Shown piece after piece: positions 7,979 to 16,337 of a stretch of DNA of 29,565 bases. The DNA is from an uncultured Chloroflexia bacterium (GTDB lineage Bacteria > Chloroflexota > Limnocylindria > Limnocylindrales > CSP1-4). The notes under the pieces were generated by a model. The model searched no databases and was not told where the DNA came from. It saw only the letters and a program-made list of their open reading frames with translations. A program made the translations under genes and the position numbers. Each line of letters begins with the position of its first letter. The first letter of the stretch is position 1. The stretch spans positions 1 to 29,565 of the forward strand of contig CAVYBU010000011.1 of assembly GCA_963766735.1 (NCBI GenBank). The letters are read 5' to 3'.

Positions 7979-9070
7979 TCAGGGCGTCGGGCGGAACCTC
8001 GGGTGGACGCCCGCGATGTATCCGCTGCTCGTGGCCGGCTGCGCGTCGCTGCCGTCGAGGGCGACGGTCGCCATGACCCACGGGTCATCGGAGCCGACCT
8101 TCGCCGTGACGAACGCGATCCGCGTGCCGTCGGGCATGAACGTCGGCTGGACGGCGAAGGCGTGCTCGTCCGCGTAGTGCGTGAGCTGTGTCAGGCCGGT
8201 CCCGTCGGGGTTGATCGTCCACAGGTCCGCCTCGGCGTCAAACTTCTCGGGGTCGACGGGCCGGAAGAACACGATCAGCGAACCGTCCGGGCTCCAGTCA
8301 GGGTTGGCGGGCCAGTAGGAGTCGCCGGTGATCACCGTCGGCTTGGGCTTGGCGGCGCCCACGTCGATGATCGCGAGGCTGCCGCTGTCGAAGTCCTCGA
8401 GACTGGTCGCGCCGTCGCGCCGGTGGAGGTACTCCGCGACGATCTTCGTACCGTCGGGCGACCACCGGGGCGCGAAGAGCGCGCGGTTCCTGGTGGTTGT
8501 GAGGACGACCCTCGTCGTCTTGCTCGCGACGTCGTAGATCTCGAGCGTTGAGACCCAGTCGTCCTCGAGCGAGTGACGGTGGAACGCGATCGACGTACCG
8601 TCCGGCGACCACGCGGGCTCGTCCGCGATCGAGCACGTGTCGCAGATGACGATGTGCTCGGGGTTGCCGCCGTCGGCGTCCGTCACCCACAGGTCGCGCG
8701 CAGCAGCGCCCTTCGTGCTGAAGACGAGACGCTGGCCGTCCGGCGACCAGTCCGGGTGGAGTTGCTCCGTGCCCTCGGCCGCATCGGTGGGAAAGAACAG
8801 GTCGGTCCCGTCCGGACGCACGAGCCTGACGCCATAGAGACCGTCGCCGCTGTCCCCCTGGAAGGCGATCCACGCCTCGCCGGGGAGGACCGCCGGCTTC
8901 GGCGTCGCAGTCGGAGACGCGGCGACCGTGGGGCCGGGCGTCGCAGCAGCCGACACAGCCGGAGAGGCTGAGGGCGCTGTGGAGGGCTCCTGGGTGGCGG
9001 TCGGCGCCCCGGTGGCGGCACAGCCGGCGAGGACCAGGACGGCCACGATGGCCAGGACGGGACGCTTCAC
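7979..9070 (-). CDS. Lipoprotein with PAT linker and PD40 beta-propeller (lipoprotein A)
   Basis: GTG 9070 overlaps the upstream TGA, with a GGAGG RBS. MKRPVLAIVAVLVLAGC lipobox; VLPGEAWIAFQ; four WSPDG motifs; ends HPRFRPTP (363 aa). Confidence 0.9.
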   Translation of the reverse strand: MKRPVLAIVAVLVLAGCAATGAPTATQEPSTAPSASPAVSAAATPGPTVAASPTATPKPAVLPGEAWIAFQGDSGDGLYGVRLVRPDGTDLFFPTDAAEGTEQLHPDWSPDGQRLVFSTKGAAARDLWVTDADGGNPEHIVICDTCSIADEPAWSPDGTSIAFHRHSLEDDWVSTLEIYDVASKTTRVVLTTTRNRALFAPRWSPDGTKIVAEYLHRRDGATSLEDFDSGSLAIIDVGAAKPKPTVITGDSYWPANPDWSPDGSLIVFFRPVDPEKFDAEADLWTINPDGTGLTQLTHYADEHAFAVQPTFMPDGTRIAFVTAKVGSDDPWVMATVALDGSDAQPATSSGYIAGVHPRFRPTP

Positions 9071-10479
9071 GGTTGAACCTCCGGGAGCCATTCGAGACAG
9101 GGAGCGCCCAGCCCGCGGAGCGGGAAGTCGGCGGCTTGCGGCACGGACGCGATCGACCTCGACTGGGCGTCGCCCCAGACGTCGGTTGCCCAGAGCCTTG
9201 CGGCGTCGCCGGTCCGGCTCTTGACCGGGCCGGCGGTATCCACCGTGAGCAGCATCGTGCCGTCGGGCGACCAGGCCATCTCCGACCTCTCGCCAGTCGT
9301 CCCGGGCAGCTCGACGACGCGGGGTTCCGACCCGTCGAGCGGGTAGATCGTGACGGCCTGCCGCGCCGGCCACCCTCGCCACTCGGTGACAACTGCCAGG
9401 CTCGTGCCGTCGGGCGACCACCTGACGGCCGGTATGGCCGGGCCAACGAGGAACGGTAGGACCTGGTGGGCGCCCTCGTCGAGGTCGATCACCTCCAGCT
9501 CGCCGGTGTCCGTCATTGCGACGATGGATCCACCGTCGGGTGACCAGGCGCCGGCAGGGACGTACAAGCTCGACCGTGACGCGAGATCCGGATGGCCCGC
9601 GTTGCGGACGCTCCCATCCGACGGGGTGACGAGGGTCAGGCCCCGATCACCCGGCAGGGTGGAGACGGCGAAGCGCGACCCGTCGGGCGACCAGGAGATC
9701 GACGGATACGCCTCCGGGTCATCAACTGGCAGCCCCGCGATGACCCTGTCGGTGCCGCCGCCCAGCAGGTGGATCTGGAGGGCGTCCGGTCCATCGGGCA
9801 CGGCCAGGGCGAGGACATCGCCGGAAGGCGACAGCGCGCCACCGGAGGCGCCGACGATCGGATACCAGTCGATGTGGGGGTTGGCGACGTCGCCATCGCG
9901 GAAGGTGACCACCGAGGCGCCCGCCGCCTGATCGACGAACGCCCTCGACCCACGGTCGCCCGACCAGACCTCGAAGCCCCCGTAGTTCGTGAGCTGCCGG
10001 TGTTGGCCTTGACCGCTGAACGAGGGGAACAAGTGCGCGTCGAACGAGCGGAACGTATCCGCACCGAAACCGCCCAGCCTCACCGCGTCGACGTTGCCCA
10101 GCAGTTGCGGGCATCCCCGGGCTTGCATCGTGGCCGACGCCCGGATGGTGCCGTCGGCACCGAACAGGTGCGTCCTGTCGTCATCCGTCAGCTGGACCAG
10201 GATCCGGCCGCCTCCGCCCAGCGGCGCCGGCTCGGGAGCCAGGAACCCACCGGCGAACAGCAGGCCGGCCACGCTCGCGAGCGCCAGCAGGCCGAGCACG
10301 ATCGCGAGACGCAGACCACCGAGCCGCGGCGCGAGGTGCGGCAGCGCGAAGCCCCGGCCGCGCTGGCCCGCGGCGATCTCGGCGGCGAGCACCCGGGCGT
10401 TCACGTGGCGCGGAGCGGCGTCGGTGTACCGGTCGAAGGCGTCGGCCAGGCGGGTTTCGAAGGTCGTCGGTTCAGGCAT
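9067..10479 (-). CDS. Single-pass membrane PD40 beta-propeller protein, putative anti-sigma factor (module 3)
   Basis: ATG 10479 overlaps the sigma 3 stop by 8 nt. MPEPTTFETRLADAFDRYTDAAPR...; TM LAIVLGLLALASVAGLLFAGGF; four WSPDG motifs (470 aa). Confidence 0.85.
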   Translation of the reverse strand: MPEPTTFETRLADAFDRYTDAAPRHVNARVLAAEIAAGQRGRGFALPHLAPRLGGLRLAIVLGLLALASVAGLLFAGGFLAPEPAPLGGGGRILVQLTDDDRTHLFGADGTIRASATMQARGCPQLLGNVDAVRLGGFGADTFRSFDAHLFPSFSGQGQHRQLTNYGGFEVWSGDRGSRAFVDQAAGASVVTFRDGDVANPHIDWYPIVGASGGALSPSGDVLALAVPDGPDALQIHLLGGGTDRVIAGLPVDDPEAYPSISWSPDGSRFAVSTLPGDRGLTLVTPSDGSVRNAGHPDLASRSSLYVPAGAWSPDGGSIVAMTDTGELEVIDLDEGAHQVLPFLVGPAIPAVRWSPDGTSLAVVTEWRGWPARQAVTIYPLDGSEPRVVELPGTTGERSEMAWSPDGTMLLTVDTAGPVKSRTGDAARLWATDVWGDAQSRSIASVPQAADFPLRGLGAPCLEWLPEVQP

Positions 10480-11017
10480 GGTCGAGCTCCGTCCGGAGAC
10501 GCTCGATGAGCCGGGCGAGGCGGCTGCGCACGCCCGACGGGGAGAGGTGGAGTTGCACGGCGATCTCGGTGGAGTCGAGACCGGCGACGAACCGGAGCGC
10601 GAGGAGCGCGCGGTCGTCGGGCTTGAGCTTGGCAAGGACACGGGCGAGATCCACGGCGCCGATCCGGTCCGCGGGGTCTGCCCCCGGCGCGGCGTCCAGT
10701 GATTCGCTGATGTCCACGACGACCCGGCGGCCGCGCTTGCGCACGACCTGGCGAGCCTCGTTCGCGGCGATCGCCACGAGCCAGGATCGGACCTGGGACT
10801 GGTCGCGGAGCGTGGAGAGCCGGCGCCAGGCGATGGCCCACGCGCTCTGCGTGGCGTCCCGTGCGGACTCGACATCACCGCACACCGCGTAGGCGACCTT
10901 CGCCATTGATCCGTGGTGTCGCTCCACCAGGCGCGCGAACGCCACCTCGTCGCCGCTCGCCGCGAGGCGGACGGTGGCGTCGGTCGCCGGGATGTCCCCG
11001 ATCGTGATGTCGGTCAT
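10472..11017 (-). CDS. ECF sigma factor, module 3
   Basis: 181 aa from ATG 11017. GDEVAFARLV...ARDATQSAWAIAWRRL...SWLVAIAANEAR; region 4 EIAVQLHLSPSGVRSRLARL. Confidence 0.93.
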   Translation of the reverse strand: MTDITIGDIPATDATVRLAASGDEVAFARLVERHHGSMAKVAYAVCGDVESARDATQSAWAIAWRRLSTLRDQSQVRSWLVAIAANEARQVVRKRGRRVVVDISESLDAAPGADPADRIGAVDLARVLAKLKPDDRALLALRFVAGLDSTEIAVQLHLSPSGVRSRLARLIERLRTELDHA

Positions 11018-11023
11018 GCGAGG

Positions 11024-11051
11024 TAGATGCGCCACGGTGCGCAAGTGTCCC
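11024..11051 (-). promoter_or_regulatory. Candidate leaderless ECF-type promoter GGGACA-N16-CATCTA
   Basis: Resembles the general ECF GGAAC-N16-CGTC layout; the -10 ends 6 nt before ATG 11017; no SD sequence. Confidence 0.45.
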
Positions 11052-11068
11052 AGCCGACGCAAGAGGGG

Positions 11069-11083
11069 TCCGCGAGTCGCGGA
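11069..11083 (-). terminator. Short inverted repeat between EamA and sigma 3
   Basis: TCCGCGA-G-TCGCGGA; followed on the minus strand by CCCCTCTT. Confidence 0.3.
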
Positions 11084-11139
11084 GCCTCACACGGGCTGGG
11101 TGCCGTTCGAGGAGTTCGCGCGCTGGGATCGCTGGTAGA

Positions 11140-12081
11140 TCAGGCCCCCGGCAGCCGCGCCCGCACGCTTGTCGGCAGGACGCTGCCCCGCCTCGTCAGC
11201 CACAGCCCCAGGATGATCACCGCGCCGCCCACGACCTGGGCCGGCCGGACCGGCTCGGCGAGGAAGATCGCACCCAGGATGACGGCGCCCGCCGGGACCA
11301 GGAGCTGGCTCGCCGAGGTCCGCGTGGGTCCGATGTGGCGAATGGCGTTGAACACGAGCACGTTCGCCGTCCCCACGGCCAGTGCGCCCGAGAAGAGCAC
11401 CGCCACGACCACCGGCAGCGTCACCACGACGGCCGGCGAGGTGGCCGCCTCCCAGATCCCGAGCGGGACCAGCAGCAGCGTCCCACCCAGGACGGTCCAG
11501 GCCGTCGCCTGCAGGGGATCAACGCGCCGGAGCAATCTCGTTCCGAGCACCGTGTAGACCGCCCAGAACACGGCCGCCGCTAGCGTGAGCACGTCGCCTG
11601 CCAGCGAGGCCCCCAGCGTCAGCTCGTGACCGCCGGCGATGACGAGCGCCACCCCGACGAACGCCGTCAGCGCGCCCGCCAGCTTCGGGGGCGTCAGGCG
11701 GTCCATCCCCAGGGCTCCGGCCAGCAGCGCGACCAGCACCGGGGATGCCGCCACGATCAGCGCCGAGTCGCCAGCGGTGATCTGTGTCAGCCCGAGAGTC
11801 CACGCCACCTGGTAGCAGCCGAACCCCAGCATGCCCAGGCCGATCAGCTGCAGGGTGAGCCCGGTGGGCCGGCGGATCGCCCCCGTGCGCCAGCGGACCA
11901 GCAGGAACAGGGTGAGGGTGGCGATGACGAACCGGGCAGACGTGAAGGTGAGCGGGCCCAGCTCGGCGATTGCCGCCTTGACCACGACGAAGTTGGCCGA
12001 CCAGATCAGGACCGTGAGGAGCATGCCGGCTTCGGCCAGGCGGCGATCACGGGGCGACCCGGCGGCGACTGGCGGAGGCAC
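11140..12081 (-). CDS. DMT/EamA family transporter
   Basis: About 10 hydrophobic segments; IWSANFVVVK, GPLTFTSARF, GAIFLAEP. Start uncertain: the frame is open up to an ATC at 12204. Confidence 0.9.
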   Translation of the reverse strand: MPPPVAAGSPRDRRLAEAGMLLTVLIWSANFVVVKAAIAELGPLTFTSARFVIATLTLFLLVRWRTGAIRRPTGLTLQLIGLGMLGFGCYQVAWTLGLTQITAGDSALIVAASPVLVALLAGALGMDRLTPPKLAGALTAFVGVALVIAGGHELTLGASLAGDVLTLAAAVFWAVYTVLGTRLLRRVDPLQATAWTVLGGTLLLVPLGIWEAATSPAVVVTLPVVVAVLFSGALAVGTANVLVFNAIRHIGPTRTSASQLLVPAGAVILGAIFLAEPVRPAQVVGGAVIILGLWLTRRGSVLPTSVRARLPGA

Positions 12082-12203
12082 AGAGACGCCCGCGGGAGAC
12101 GCGAGGCCTGACGGGGACGCGGAGACGCCCGCCGGGATGGCGGGCGTCGAACGCGAATTCGAGGGATCGACGGGCCGGGGGCCCGCCGGGGTGGACGACG
12201 CGA

Positions 12204-12359
12204 TCAGGCGCCTTCCTGCTCGAGCTCCAGGGCCTCCTCGTCGTCCTCCTCGGTCAGCTTCAGCCAGACGAAGAGTCCGGCCAGCACGACCATGGGGATG
12301 ATGATCAGTGCGCCCAGGGTGACCCCGAGCGCGACGGCAACGGTCCGCAGCGCCTTCAT
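12204..12359 (-). CDS. Small single-pass membrane protein with acidic tail (51 aa)
   Basis: Below the ORF-track cutoff. AAGGAGG RBS; MKALRTVAVALGVTLGALIIIPMVVLAGLFVWLKLTEEDDEEALELEQEGA; mostly G/C in third codon positions. Confidence 0.8.
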   Translation of the reverse strand: MKALRTVAVALGVTLGALIIIPMVVLAGLFVWLKLTEEDDEEALELEQEGA

Positions 12360-12420
12360 GGGCTTGGGCCTCCTTGCTACGACATATCGCTATTGATTGT
12401 GCCCGGTGTCGGGCGCCCTG

Positions 12421-12939
12421 TCACGAGGCGGGGGCGCCGGGGTCGGCCTTGCCTCCCCGATGCATCGGGCCCTGGGCCACCAGCGACGAGACGTCGTCAC
12501 GGGTGAACTCGGCCAGCTGATGGTGGGCGCCCGACTGGCCGGCCATGAGGAGCCGGACCACGTAGGCACCCTCCTGCTCGAACAGGAACACGTCCTTCGG
12601 CTTCTGCTCGTCGATCCAGCGTCCGATCACGCGCAGGGCGCCTTCGTGACCCACGTTCGTCGGGGCCGGTTGCTCTACGTCACCGCGACGCGTCGCGGCC
12701 TCCTCCATGAACTTGGCGATGTCGTCATCGACGAAGGTCAGGGTCTCCTTGGTCTGCGTCCCGATCGCCTCGGACCACGCCGAGGTCGACCCACCGGCCA
12801 TGACCAGCCCCTGGACGACGAACCCGTCCGGCACCTCGAGCAGCAGGATGTCCCGCATGCCGCGTTCATCGAGAAAGGCGCCGATCGACCGGAAGACCTC
12901 CTCGAAATCCTGCCGCGGGCTCCCCTCGTAGATCCGCAT
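12421..12939 (-). CDS. Hypothetical cytoplasmic protein with internal two-fold repeat
   Basis: 172 aa; GAGGAG RBS; globular-protein composition; two similar ~65-aa halves. Confidence 0.85.
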   Translation of the reverse strand: MRIYEGSPRQDFEEVFRSIGAFLDERGMRDILLLEVPDGFVVQGLVMAGGSTSAWSEAIGTQTKETLTFVDDDIAKFMEEAATRRGDVEQPAPTNVGHEGALRVIGRWIDEQKPKDVFLFEQEGAYVVRLLMAGQSGAHHQLAEFTRDDVSSLVAQGPMHRGGKADPGAPAS

Positions 12940-12984
12940 TGCTGCTCCTCGCTGCGCCGCCCGCCCCCGGGCGTTGACCGGGTG

Positions 12985-13149
12985 CTACGAGCCGGTGGTC
13001 CGGTCGAGCAGGCCCCGATCCCTCGCACGCCGCTCGCTGGACCGGAAGACCACGATCGTCGCGAGTGTAATCAGCGCCCCGGCCACAGACAAGGCGCAGA
13101 TGGCCGCAAACGCGTCCGTGACCGAGGATTCGGTGACTGCGGTCCACAC
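12985..13149 (-). CDS. Small single-pass membrane protein with basic tail (~54 aa)
   Basis: TM AFAAICALSVAGALITLATIVVF then RSSERRARDR. Fills the gap between co-oriented genes. Start is GTG 13149 (TACCCG 6 nt upstream) or GTG 13167. Confidence 0.6.
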   Translation of the reverse strand: MWTAVTESSVTDAFAAICALSVAGALITLATIVVFRSSERRARDRGLLDRTTGS

Positions 13150-13185
13150 ACGGATCGGGTACGTCACAGCCGGACCGCGCAGGTC

Positions 13186-14118
13186 TCAGCCCGCGAGCGC
13201 GACCGCCAGCTCGCCCGCGACCCGTGCGTCATTGAGGATCAGCGAGGTGTTGGCCACGACGGACGCGCCGTCGGTGATCGCCGCCACGCGCGCCAGCAGC
13301 CACGGCGTCACGGCGGGGCCGGTGATGCCCGCCCGATCGGCCTCGTGGACCGCCTGGGCGATCGCTTCGCGGGCGACGTCGTCCGGGAGGGCGTCGGCCT
13401 CGGGCACCGGCGTGCAGACAAGGATCCCGGATCCGAGCCCCAGCGACTCGTGGGCCTGGACGACGGCCGCCGCCGCCGCGATGTCGGGCACGGACTGGGG
13501 CGCGGGGATCCCGCTGCCGCGCGAGTAGAACCCGGGCAGCTCGTCCGTCCCGACGGCCAGGACCGGCACGCCATGCGTCTCGAGGTACTCGAGCGTGAGC
13601 GGCACGTCCAGGATGGCCTTGGGGCCTGCGCAGACGACCGTCACAGGGGTGCGAGCCAGCTCACCGAGGTCGGCGGAGATGTCGAGGCTGGGCCGCTCAC
13701 CACCGAGGGCGCCGCGGTGAACCCCGCCGATGCCGCCGGTCGCGAACACGCGGATGCCCACGGCGTGGGCGGCGATCATCGTGGCGGAGACGGTCGTGGC
13801 GCCCCACCCGCCCCAGGCGATGGCCGCGGCGAGGCTCGGACGCGCGACCTTCCGCACGGTGCCGCGCGGGGCCGTCGCCAGGAACTCCAGCTGTTCGGCG
13901 GACAGGCCCACCAGCAGGCGACCGTCATGGAGCGCGACGGTCGCGGGCACGGCGCCGGCGGACCGGACGGCCAGCTCCGACGCGGCGGCGACCTCGATGT
14001 TGCCCGGGTAGGCGAATCCGTGTGTGATGAGCGTCGACTCGAGGGCGACGACGGGACGGTTGTCGCGCAGGGCGTCGGCAACCTCGGGGGCGATGGCGAT
14101 GCGGTCGGGGCTGAGCAT
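13186..14118 (-). CDS. psuG: Pseudouridine-5'-phosphate glycosidase
   Basis: VALESTLITHG, GATTVSATM, FATGGIGGVHRG, DISADL, GPKAILD motifs; 310 aa from ATG 14118. Confidence 0.96.
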   Translation of the reverse strand: MLSPDRIAIAPEVADALRDNRPVVALESTLITHGFAYPGNIEVAAASELAVRSAGAVPATVALHDGRLLVGLSAEQLEFLATAPRGTVRKVARPSLAAAIAWGGWGATTVSATMIAAHAVGIRVFATGGIGGVHRGALGGERPSLDISADLGELARTPVTVVCAGPKAILDVPLTLEYLETHGVPVLAVGTDELPGFYSRGSGIPAPQSVPDIAAAAAVVQAHESLGLGSGILVCTPVPEADALPDDVAREAIAQAVHEADRAGITGPAVTPWLLARVAAITDGASVVANTSLILNDARVAGELAVALAG

Positions 14119-14124
14119 GGGATG

Positions 14125-14130
14125 AGGGTA
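14125..14130 (-). promoter_or_regulatory. -10 box TACCCT, leaderless psuG
   Basis: TANNNT 6 nt before ATG; no SD. Confidence 0.6.
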
Positions 14131-14183
14131 CGTCCGCGGTGCGCGGGGTGCACCAAGTGACGACGGCCGCCGGGCCGGCGGGC

Positions 14184-14189
14184 TAGCCT
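14184..14189 (+). promoter_or_regulatory. -10 box TAGCCT, leaderless S9 peptidase
   Basis: TANNNT 7 nt before ATG 14197; no SD. Confidence 0.6.
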
Positions 14190-14196
14190 GTGGGCC

Positions 14197-16238
14197 ATGG
14201 CTGACCGAACGCGCCGGACACCCCGGCTCCCCACCCCCGAGACGCTCCGCCGGCAGGTGGTCCTCGAAGAGCACGACCTGTCACCCGATGGGTCCTTCGC
14301 CGTGGTTTCACGGCGCGTTGTGGAGGGGGAGCACTACACGTCCAGCCTGTGGCTCGTGCCGATCCAGGCAGAGGCACGCGGCCGAGCCCCCACTCCCAGC
14401 CGCCTGACCCGGGGGCCCGTCCGCGACACGCGGCCCCTGATCTCGCCCGACGGCCAGCGCGTTGCGTTCCTGCGCGAGACGCCCGCCGACGATGACGCTC
14501 CCGCCTCGCTCCGGATCCTCGACCTTCGCGGCGGCGAGCCCCTGACCTTGCCCACCGGGGACCTGTCGGTGCGCGAGCTACGCGTGGTCGCCGGATGGCC
14601 TGCTGGATCGCGTTCACGGCCAGGACGGACCCGCAGCGGTTCATCGTCGGTCCCGTGCCCAAGACTGGCGAGCCTCGCGCGCGCCGCGTGACCACGATGG
14701 ACTGGCGCTACGACGAGACCGGTTACGTCGATCGGGTGCGGCAGGTGCACGTCATCCAGGCGGCGGAGACTGGACAGCCGCGCTGCCTCACCAGCGTCGC
14801 CGGCGGCGTTGCCGACCTCGCCTGGCGCCCCGACGGCAAGGCCATCGCCTTCACCGCAGACCCACGAGACGACGCAGATCGCCACCCCCGGACCTCGATC
14901 TGGGAGGTGCCGCTCGGGGGCGGCGACATCCGCGAGATCATGGCGCTTGCCGGCCCGGTCAAGTCGGCGGCGTACTCTCCGGACGGCCGCTGGGTCGCGG
15001 GGATCGGGGTGGACGACCCGGACTTCTTCGACGACCTCTCCCCCACCCTGTACCTGGGTCCGGCCGATGGTTCCGCGCCAGCCGTGGCCCTGGCACCCGC
15101 TCTGGACAGGCCGGTCGGGAACTGGGCCGACACGGACCTGACCGGCTGGATGACCGATGGCCGACCCGGGCCCACCTGGGACGGGACGGACGCGGTGGTC
15201 GCGCTCGTCACGGATCGCGGACGGACGCACCCATGGCGCTTCCCACTGGATCCCGAGATTGGCCGGCCTGCCGGTCAGCCCGCGCCCATGGTGCAGGGCG
15301 ATGTCATGGCCAACACGATGGCGCTGGGCGGCGGGCGCTTGACGGTGACGGCCACGGTGGGCGCCCGGCCACCGGAGCTGCTCCTGGTCACGAAGGCCGG
15401 CTCGCTGCGCCCGCTGACGACGATGGGCTCCTCGTGGATCAACGGCCTCGCCTGGCCAGAGATGCGCCGCGTGGACGCCCCGGGACCCGGTGGCACGATC
15501 GAGACGTGGATCGCCTCCCCGGCCGGCGCCGGCGACGAGCCGCTGCCCACCGTCGTGGACGTCCACGGCGGGCCGCTCGGAGCGTGGGCCCCGGCCCCGT
15601 CCCTGGAGGTGGTCCTGCTCTGCGCCCGCGGCTACCGCGTCGTCCTGCCGAACATCCGGGGCTCTGCGTCCTACGGTGCCGCGTGGATCAAGCCGCAGCT
15701 GGGCGAGTGGGGAGGACCGGACGCGGAAGACGTCCACGCGGCGCTCGACCACGCCATCGACATCGGCCTGGCGAACCCCGACCGCCTGGGTGTGCTGGGC
15801 CTCTCGTATGGCGGCTTCATGGTCAACTGGCTCGTGGGGACCACGGACCGGTTCCGGGCAGCCGTGTCCGAGAACGGCGTGAGCAACCAGGTCTCGGCGT
15901 GGGCCCAGAGCGACAGCGGCCCCGAGTACTGCCGCGCTGCCCGCATGGGCGATGCGACCACGCCCGAGGGCGTCGAGCAGCTGTGGCAACAGTCGCCGCT
16001 GCGGAACGTCGCCAGCGTCCGGACCCCGCTGCTGATGCTCCAGTCGGAGGCCGACCGGCGTTGTCCGACGTCCGACAACGAGCAGCTCTTCATCGCGCTC
16101 CGGTGGCTGGGCCGGGAGGTCGAGTACATCCTGTACCCGGAGGAGTTCCACGTCATCCAGGCGATCGGTCGCATCGACCGGCGGATCGACCGGATGACCC
16201 GGATGCTCGACTGGTTCGACCGCTTCCTGAAGACGTAG
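14197..16238 (+). pseudogene. S9 family (acylaminoacyl/prolyl oligopeptidase-like) peptidase, frameshifted as given (possibly a sequence error)
   Basis: N-terminal propeller (LSPDG, ISPDG) in ORF 14197; catalytic domain (VHGGP, GLSYGG, EADRRCP, EEFH) in ORF 14595. Removing single bases near 14580 and 14601 restores ELAWSPDGRWIAF and a ~679-aa protein. Confidence 0.85.
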
Positions 16239-16337
16239 GCCACGGGGCGGCAACCCGTCGCGTGTGGGCCGGCGGGTCCGTATCGCCCGACCTCCGGTCC
16301 GCGGTCGCGCGGGTGGACCGTCGCCGGAAGCCGTTGC

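Noticed and set aside
2010-9700. Recurring ccgtc(c/g)ggcgacca sequence as a DNA repeat or CRISPR array
   Set aside because: It is the reverse complement of WSPDG codons inside propeller genes, with irregular spacing.
1-10479. Calling the PD40 proteins TolB / a Tol-Pal system
   Set aside because: No TolB N-terminal domain and no tolQRA/pal nearby; the proteins are TM- or lipid-anchored and linked to ECF sigmas.
1-11100. Island as a mobile element or prophage
   Set aside because: No integrase, transposase, tRNA, att repeats or phage genes, and no visible composition shift. The left boundary is outside the window.
12083-12132. Direct repeat GAGACGCCCGC upstream of EamA as an operator
   Set aside because: More simply explained as a repeated AGVS peptide in a low-complexity N-terminal extension.
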